Below, in pieces: positions 58,663 to 64,000 of a stretch of 64,000 nt of DNA; the stretch's first letter is position 1, and each line of letters starts with the position of its first letter. The stretch covers positions 44,561 through 108,560 of the forward strand of contig JBEKDT010000017.1 of assembly GCA_050014195.1 (NCBI GenBank), written 5' to 3'. Origin of the DNA: Desulfomonilia bacterium (lineage in GTDB: Bacteria; Desulfobacterota; Desulfomonilia; UBA1062). The notes under the pieces were generated by a model. The model worked only from the letters and a program-made list of their open reading frames with translations. It ran no database searches and had not been told where the DNA came from. Made by a program: the position numbers and the translations under genes.

Positions 58663-58756
58663 ACCACGAAGAGCACGAAGGACACGAAGATAATAAGGGC
58701 AAAAAACTATTAATGTATGTCCGAAGTCCCTTCGTGCTCTTCGTGTCCTTCGTGGT
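58663..58756. repeat. Inverted pair of triple 9-mer tandem repeats (CACGAAG core)
   Basis: ACCACGAAGAGCACGAAGGACACGAAG...CTTCGTGCTCTTCGTGTCCTTCGTGGT. Confidence 0.8.
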
Positions 58757-58828
58757 AAGGGCTTCTTTTTGTGCACCCCCTCAATGATCAAAGTATACTT
58801 CAATGTAACCAAAATTATTTTCCCCGAA

Positions 58829-58853
58829 GTGCGAATCTATAAATCAGGGCGAC
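58829..58853 (+). promoter_or_regulatory. Candidate AraC binding site upstream of the ACAD operon
   Basis: GTGCGAATCTATAAATCAGGGCGAC shares ATCTATAAATC with the sequence across the araC stop (58392-58402). Confidence 0.45.
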
Positions 58854-58923
58854 AAGCGCCTTCCCAACGCCTATCTTTGGAACAAAATCTACAACTGAAA
58901 TAATTTGAAAGGAGGTATGTATC

Positions 58924-60426
58924 ATGGGTCAGATCAAACCGGAGGCATCCGGATATCCTTCAGCAGGCCTTGGCTTTACAGATACCCTGAACAGTCTTGA
59001 GGCCCAGTATCGTCTTCCTGCACGGATCAAGGCGGATTTTCATGAGGCAATACAGCTGGCTAGGGAGTTCAATGACGAGGTCCTCCGCCCGGTCTACCTG
59101 GGAATAGACAGAAAAGTCATGGAGGACAACGAATACCTGCCCCTGGATTTCATCAGAAAGGCCAACGTTTGGGGCCTGTACACCCTCTGGATTCCCAAGA
59201 TGTATGGCGGTCAGGGTATGAACATGCTGTCCCTGTATACCTTCATGGAAGAGCTTTCATCGGTCTGTGCAGGGCTGGCAAACCTCATCGGCGCCCATTA
59301 TCTCGGGGTCTCTGTCCTGTGCTCGTCGTGCAACATGAAGATCACCAACAGGATACTCCGTGATGTCGTCAGCGAGGCGAAAAAGGGCAACCCCTGTCTC
59401 ATCTCGCTGGCATGGACAGAGCCCGGCGCAGGGACCGACCAGGTGGAGGGCCCGCTCCTTGACAGGGCAAAGGTCAGGACGCAAGCCACACGGGTTGAAG
59501 GCGGCTATGTGGTCAACGGAAGCAAGGTGTTCATCTCTGCCGGCCATGTGAGCACCTGGCACATGCTCATCTGCTATGAGGATATAAGGAAGCCCGCAGA
59601 TACCCTGATCATGCTTGCCGTGAAGACCGGGATGAAGGGCTTCAGCTTCGGCCACAAAGAACAGAAGATGGGGCAGAAGGCATGCGTGGCCAGCGAGCTG
59701 ATCTTTGAAGACTGCTTTGTGCCGGATGAATATGTCTGCTTTTCAAAGGATCAGGTCAGACGTCTCGGCATCACGGCGAAAGAGGCCGGCCTGAAATTGA
59801 TCGGCATGTTCCCTAGCGTGACCCAGCCCGGGGTCGCTGCCATTTCTACCGGCATTGCCCGCGCTGCCTGCGAGGCGGCCAGAGAGTATGTCGCAAAAAA
59901 GAAGGTTGCGGGCGAATTCCTGATCAACCAGGAATGGGTGCAGATGGTCATTGCGGACATGTATACGAATGTAGTGGCGGCACGGGCCATATACATGGAG
60001 GCTGCCTATGCAGCCGGGCTTATGAGCATGATCCGGCTGCTCTTTAACAAGGCTTTGTTTTACCTCACGATCTACACACCTGCATGGATGTTCACCCTGT
60101 TGGTCGCACCCTTGTTCAACCTGGAGATCGTCAATCATATCTACCGGAAGCTGAACTTCGAAATGACAAAAGCCGAGGATGAAAGGCATATGTCAGGGCT
60201 CGGCTCCCTGACGAAATTCTCGTGCAGCGACATGGCTGTGGCCAATTGCGCAAAAGCCCTGGATCTCATGGGTGTGGACGGAACACGGCACGATGCCGGG
60301 GCAGAGAAATTGCTGAGGGATGCAAAGCTGCTCCAGATCTATGAGGGGACGAACGAGGCCAACAGGATCAATCTCTTTTCCATGCACATCGCACCGGGCA
60401 TACCCGGTGTCCGGGTATTCGAATAA
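58924..60426 (+). CDS. Acyl-CoA dehydrogenase (catalytic-type subunit) with hydrophobic insert
   Basis: WTEPGAGTD, NGSKVFIS, KMGQKA, FEDCFVP, RDAKLLQIYEGTNE. Confidence 0.92.
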   Translation: MGQIKPEASGYPSAGLGFTDTLNSLEAQYRLPARIKADFHEAIQLAREFNDEVLRPVYLGIDRKVMEDNEYLPLDFIRKANVWGLYTLWIPKMYGGQGMNMLSLYTFMEELSSVCAGLANLIGAHYLGVSVLCSSCNMKITNRILRDVVSEAKKGNPCLISLAWTEPGAGTDQVEGPLLDRAKVRTQATRVEGGYVVNGSKVFISAGHVSTWHMLICYEDIRKPADTLIMLAVKTGMKGFSFGHKEQKMGQKACVASELIFEDCFVPDEYVCFSKDQVRRLGITAKEAGLKLIGMFPSVTQPGVAAISTGIARAACEAAREYVAKKKVAGEFLINQEWVQMVIADMYTNVVAARAIYMEAAYAAGLMSMIRLLFNKALFYLTIYTPAWMFTLLVAPLFNLEIVNHIYRKLNFEMTKAEDERHMSGLGSLTKFSCSDMAVANCAKALDLMGVDGTRHDAGAEKLLRDAKLLQIYEGTNEANRINLFSMHIAPGIPGVRVFE

Positions 60427-60444
60427 GGATTAAGGAGGTGGACC

Positions 60445-61587
60445 ATGAACCGGGAAGCACGTGCAGCACACAATGAAGATATCAAGGCGATAAATGACCT
60501 TGCATACAGTTTTGCAAAAAAAGAGCTCTTGGAGCATGTACACGAACATGAATATCCCTATGCCCGTGAGGTAAAAGGCGTGATAGAGAAGGCCAGGGAA
60601 ACCGGGCTGTTCGGCATCAACCTCCCCATGGACTGGGGCGGGACCGGGCTGAATGCACCTGCCCTTGCCGGCATGCTGGAAAGGATCAGCGTGGTCGATG
60701 CAGGTATGGCAGGGGTGCTCTTTACCCATGCCGCAGCCCTTGAGATCATATCCGTGGCCGCCCAGGCCGATGGAGAGAAATGCCGGTCCATTTACCAGCC
60801 GGCTTCCTTGCCGGATAGCACCCCACTGGCATTTCAGTCATATGCCTCGCCTGATGAAATTGATTTCCCCGAGGTTATGGGGGAGGGCAGGCATCTGCTG
60901 AGCGGACACCTGCCATTCCTCGTGCTCGGAGGCATGGCCAGGTATGCGGTCGTACCCGGCGCCCGGCAGAATGGCAGGGGCTTTTCATACTATCTCATGG
61001 ATCTGACCGGAGACGGTGTGACGAGGTCAGGCCCCATACTTACCCTGGGCTTTCAGGCCTGCCAGGCCGTCGACACCACCCTGAAGGATGTGCCGGCTCT
61101 GCTGATAGGTGCTGAGGGCAAAGGTGAGATCTATTTCCATACAATGCTCTCGCGTATGTCCATTCCGGCTGCAGCAATATCGCTCGGCATCATGGAGGGT
61201 TCATTCAAAGAGGCCCTTGCATATGCCGGAGAGCGCTATCAGGGGGGGCGCAACATCGTGGACTGGTCCGGTGTCCGCATGAAGCTCGCCGAGATGGCCA
61301 TCCAGATCGATGTGGCCAGGAGCTGCCTGTCCGGAATCTGCTCCGCATGCGATGCGGCCTCGCCGGATGGAAACGGGGCTGCTGTTGCTGCGGCAATCCA
61401 TATAAGCGACATGGCCTGCAGTGCAACTTCCGAAGGCGTCCAGCTGCTGGGAGGCAACGGATACATGAAAGACTACGGCCAGGAAAAGAGGATGAGGGAC
61501 GCGCGGCAGGCCCGGTCCCTGCTGGGAATGAGCGGCCTGAAAAAGATGAAATATATCGAGAGAATCATCGAGGAGGCTTTAGTATGA
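60445..61587 (+). CDS. Acyl-CoA dehydrogenase-like protein (probable non-catalytic partner subunit)
   Basis: ERYQGG, VQLLGGNGYMKDYGQEKRMRDA retained; TEP/GSD and YEGT motifs absent. Confidence 0.85.
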   Translation: MNREARAAHNEDIKAINDLAYSFAKKELLEHVHEHEYPYAREVKGVIEKARETGLFGINLPMDWGGTGLNAPALAGMLERISVVDAGMAGVLFTHAAALEIISVAAQADGEKCRSIYQPASLPDSTPLAFQSYASPDEIDFPEVMGEGRHLLSGHLPFLVLGGMARYAVVPGARQNGRGFSYYLMDLTGDGVTRSGPILTLGFQACQAVDTTLKDVPALLIGAEGKGEIYFHTMLSRMSIPAAAISLGIMEGSFKEALAYAGERYQGGRNIVDWSGVRMKLAEMAIQIDVARSCLSGICSACDAASPDGNGAAVAAAIHISDMACSATSEGVQLLGGNGYMKDYGQEKRMRDARQARSLLGMSGLKKMKYIERIIEEALV

Positions 61588-62360
61588 AAAGCACACTGGA
61601 TAGAAACAATTTTTTTAAAGGCCTGGATCAGATCGAGCACAAGGACTACGATGTAAAGCTGCCGATCTTCTATTATGACAACACTGCCATGAGCGCCATC
61701 TATACCGCCTCTACCAAAAAGGTGAGAAAGTACCTCCCTTCATCCGACATGCACCCTGTCGAGATGTTCCCGGCTAGGTGTCTGATGGTGTTTACCGCCT
61801 TCGAGTACCGCAAGACGGATATCGACCCGTACAATGAATTCAGCATCAGCGCAGTCATATCCTATGGCAAGAGGGCCATTCCCGGGTTGACCTCCCTTTC
61901 CTATATGCTTAAGAGTTGTTTCACTGCCTACATACTCCACCTCCCCGTAACCTCTGAGAGGGCGCGTCGTGGAGGGGTGGAGCTGGCAGGATATCCGAAA
62001 TTCATTGCCGACATCGCCTTTACCCAGGAGAAAGGATACACCACGTGCACGGTAGCGGAGAACGGCCGGAGGATCCTGTCGCTCAAGGGGAAGAACACAA
62101 AAACATCACGAGGCAGGATTACGAAGTATATCATCCACACCATGAAGAATGGTATTCCGCTGAAGGCGAATCTCTATTTAAACCCCATCCAGTTCCGCCA
62201 GACAATCGGATTTGGCGCGGCCAGGCTGGATATCGGAAGCGGCCACAGGATATGCACCGAACTGCGTGACATGGGGTTGAGCAGGCTGCCGGTCCTGTAT
62301 CAGTACATGCCGTTGTATGAGGCAATCCTTTTCAATTCAAAGAATCTCATCGACGATTAG
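61584..62360 (+). CDS. Acetoacetate decarboxylase-like family protein
   Basis: LPIFYYD, FEYR.TDI.PYNE, LPVT, GVELAGYPK; ATGA overlap and GAGGAGG RBS fix the start at 61584. Confidence 0.85.
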   Translation: MKSTLDRNNFFKGLDQIEHKDYDVKLPIFYYDNTAMSAIYTASTKKVRKYLPSSDMHPVEMFPARCLMVFTAFEYRKTDIDPYNEFSISAVISYGKRAIPGLTSLSYMLKSCFTAYILHLPVTSERARRGGVELAGYPKFIADIAFTQEKGYTTCTVAENGRRILSLKGKNTKTSRGRITKYIIHTMKNGIPLKANLYLNPIQFRQTIGFGAARLDIGSGHRICTELRDMGLSRLPVLYQYMPLYEAILFNSKNLIDD

Positions 62361-62373
62361 GAGGGCTTAAGCC

Positions 62374-63225
62374 ATGGGAAAGAGAGACCTGAACGGGAAA
62401 ACGGCGGTCATCACCGGGGCAGCGTCGGGAATAGGAAGAGGGCTGGCGCTTGCGTTGGCAAAAGAGCAATGCACCATACTCCTGGCCGATATCAATGAGG
62501 CAGGCCTCAAGCAGACATCCGAGATGGTAAGGCAGTCAGGGGGCAAGCCGGAGATATTCCTCTGCGATGTATCCAGGCTCGATGATGTAATGAGGATGGC
62601 AGACCATTGCTTCGATGCGTGGGGCAAGGTGGATCTGCTCATCAACAACGCGGGTGTTGCCTCAGTAGGATTCATGGGCGACATACCCATCAAGGATTGG
62701 GAGTGGATTGTTTCCATCAACTTCTGGGGCGTGGTGTACGGCTGCCATGCCTTTGTCCCGAGGATGAAGAAACAGGGGAGCGGCTCTATCGTGAACGTGG
62801 CGTCCGCTGCCGGCATCCTCTCATCCGCTGAAATGGCCCCGTACAATGCGACAAAGGCCGCGGTCATCTCTATATCAGAAACGCTCAAGAGCGAGCTCGC
62901 CCCGCACAACATCGGGGTGACCGTGATCTGTCCGACATTCATCAAGACAAATCTCATGGAGAAGTTGAGGTGCACAGACGAGTTCCAGAGGCAATGTTCA
63001 ACGACAGGCGTGGACAATGCGAGGTGGACACCGGAGATGATTGCCGATCTGGTGATCGATGCCGTGAAAAAGGACAAGATGTATGTGGTTCCGCAGGTCG
63101 CAGCGAAGATATTGTGGATATCTAAACGCATATCTCCTTCTGGATTTTTTGGATTCCAGGCATTTCTGATGCGTATGGGATGGGGGAGGAAACTGATGTT
63201 CCACATGGCGCGGATGGGGTTCTGA
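62374..63225 (+). CDS. Short-chain dehydrogenase/reductase
   Basis: TGAASGIG, NNAG, S...YNATK. Confidence 0.95.
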   Translation: MGKRDLNGKTAVITGAASGIGRGLALALAKEQCTILLADINEAGLKQTSEMVRQSGGKPEIFLCDVSRLDDVMRMADHCFDAWGKVDLLINNAGVASVGFMGDIPIKDWEWIVSINFWGVVYGCHAFVPRMKKQGSGSIVNVASAAGILSSAEMAPYNATKAAVISISETLKSELAPHNIGVTVICPTFIKTNLMEKLRCTDEFQRQCSTTGVDNARWTPEMIADLVIDAVKKDKMYVVPQVAAKILWISKRISPSGFFGFQAFLMRMGWGRKLMFHMARMGF

Positions 63226-63245
63226 AATTCTTGCGAAAAGGGAAG

Positions 63246-63297
63246 AATGGGGACGGGTTCAGATTAATGGTTGAGAAATGTGAACCCGTTCTCGATT
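63246..63297. repeat. REP-like inverted repeat pair
   Basis: AATGGGGACGGGTTCA...TGAACCCGTTCTCGATT. Confidence 0.6.
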
Positions 63298-63326
63298 TCA
63301 ACCCATCAGGGACATCTATCCTGGAG

Positions 63327-63364
63327 TCCCCTCTCCCCTTGCGGGAGAGGGTCAGGGTGAGGGG
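63327..63364. repeat. BoxC-like palindromic element
   Basis: TCCCCTCTCCCCTTGCGGGAGAGGGTCAGGGTGAGGGG. Confidence 0.7.
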
Positions 63365-63712
63365 TAAATTACCTTATTCACCGAAGACTCTGAAGATATG
63401 GAATAATCTGCCCTTGTAAAAATCAAATAGTTATCACAGAAATCTTAAATCTGATATGGAACTGATATAAAGCTTATGATATAGCATTGAAATTAAGTAA
63501 TTACACATCTTTGATTCCACTGTGAAGACTGCAATTGGCCATGAACAATCATTTGAATCTGTCTCAAAGGCTGGGGTGGGACTACCAATCATGATCAAAA
63601 GTAGACATTCTTTAGGCCAGCTTGGGGGTTGGGAATGGCTGAGAATTTTCGCTGCTCATTTTCACAGCCTAAGCTTCAGAGCGTCGAATCTCAATAAGGA
63701 GCCACAAGTAAG

Positions 63713-63883
63713 TTGATCGGAACATTGTCACGCAGGTTGCTTGTCAGAGACGACGGTACAGGCAAGGTAAGGGAAACAGTCGGTACCTTCTCTGAGTTCG
63801 AGATTGAGGACGCGATCATCCTCCTTGGCGATCCGGGAATGGGAAAGACAACCCTCTTTAAGGAAGCTGCCAAAGCTAACTAG
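63713..63883 (+). pseudogene. Truncated P-loop NTPase (NACHT/STAND-like N-terminus)
   Basis: AAGGAG RBS, TTG start, ...FSEFEIEDAIILLGDPGMGKTTLFKEAAKAN*; 56 aa, below the ORF-track cutoff. Confidence 0.65.
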
Positions 63884-64000
63884 TGCCCATCCGGAAAGTA
63901 TAGTTAGTTGAAATAATTGAGTAAAAGAGCATTTTCTCATTGGAGATTTAGAGAATATCTGCTATGGTTATCATGCAACACACTGATATTCCAAATCAAT

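Noticed and set aside
58663-58756. Possible mini CRISPR array
   Set aside because: Units are 9 nt without spacers, arranged as inverted arms; no cas genes
61347-61583. N-terminal extension of the ADC-like ORF
   Set aside because: Overlaps ACAD2 out of frame; RBS and ATGA coupling support the start at 61584
62367-63206. 279-aa ORF antisense to the SDR
   Set aside because: Common antisense open frame of SDR genes

Overview
Bacterial chromosomal window. The gene content and repeat types fit a deltaproteobacterial/Desulfobacterota genome (inference, no database search run). It has four zones. (1) 1-19.9 kb: a visibly AT-rich PEP-CTERM-associated exopolysaccharide island with wecB, two GT4s and ugd. 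It also carries an unusually dense tailoring set: a QueC-like PP-loop protein with an inserted domain, two AsnB-like proteins lacking the glutaminase Cys, an N5-(carboxyethyl)ornithine synthase homolog, a CapK/PaaK-like adenylate-forming enzyme, a FemAB-like protein, two GNATs and a BKACE. A sigma54/enhancer-driven PEP-CTERM protein with a Cys-Gln thioester-type motif and many IS-end, MITE and REP relics are also present. The island ends at the 3' end of tRNA-Phe. (2) 20-36 kb: housekeeping genes (plsC-like, kdkA-like, uvrB, cysS, ispF, ispD, PIN/TRAM, carD, lgt, class I adenylate cyclase, histidine kinase, EmrAB-type pump). (3) 36-57 kb: a mosaic accessory region with two cryptic pseudogenes, a leaderless TetR, an archaeal-type geranylgeranyl reductase homolog, a cysteine synthase-bioBFDA operon, an ABC-2 exporter, a sigma54-driven DUF6160/FilA-like secreted protein and a matrixin protease. 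(4) 57-64 kb: a membrane-anchored AraC regulator with a probable heteromeric acyl-CoA dehydrogenase operon, followed by REP-like palindromes and a truncated P-loop NTPase. No CRISPR array or rRNA was seen. All product calls come from motif recognition by eye.
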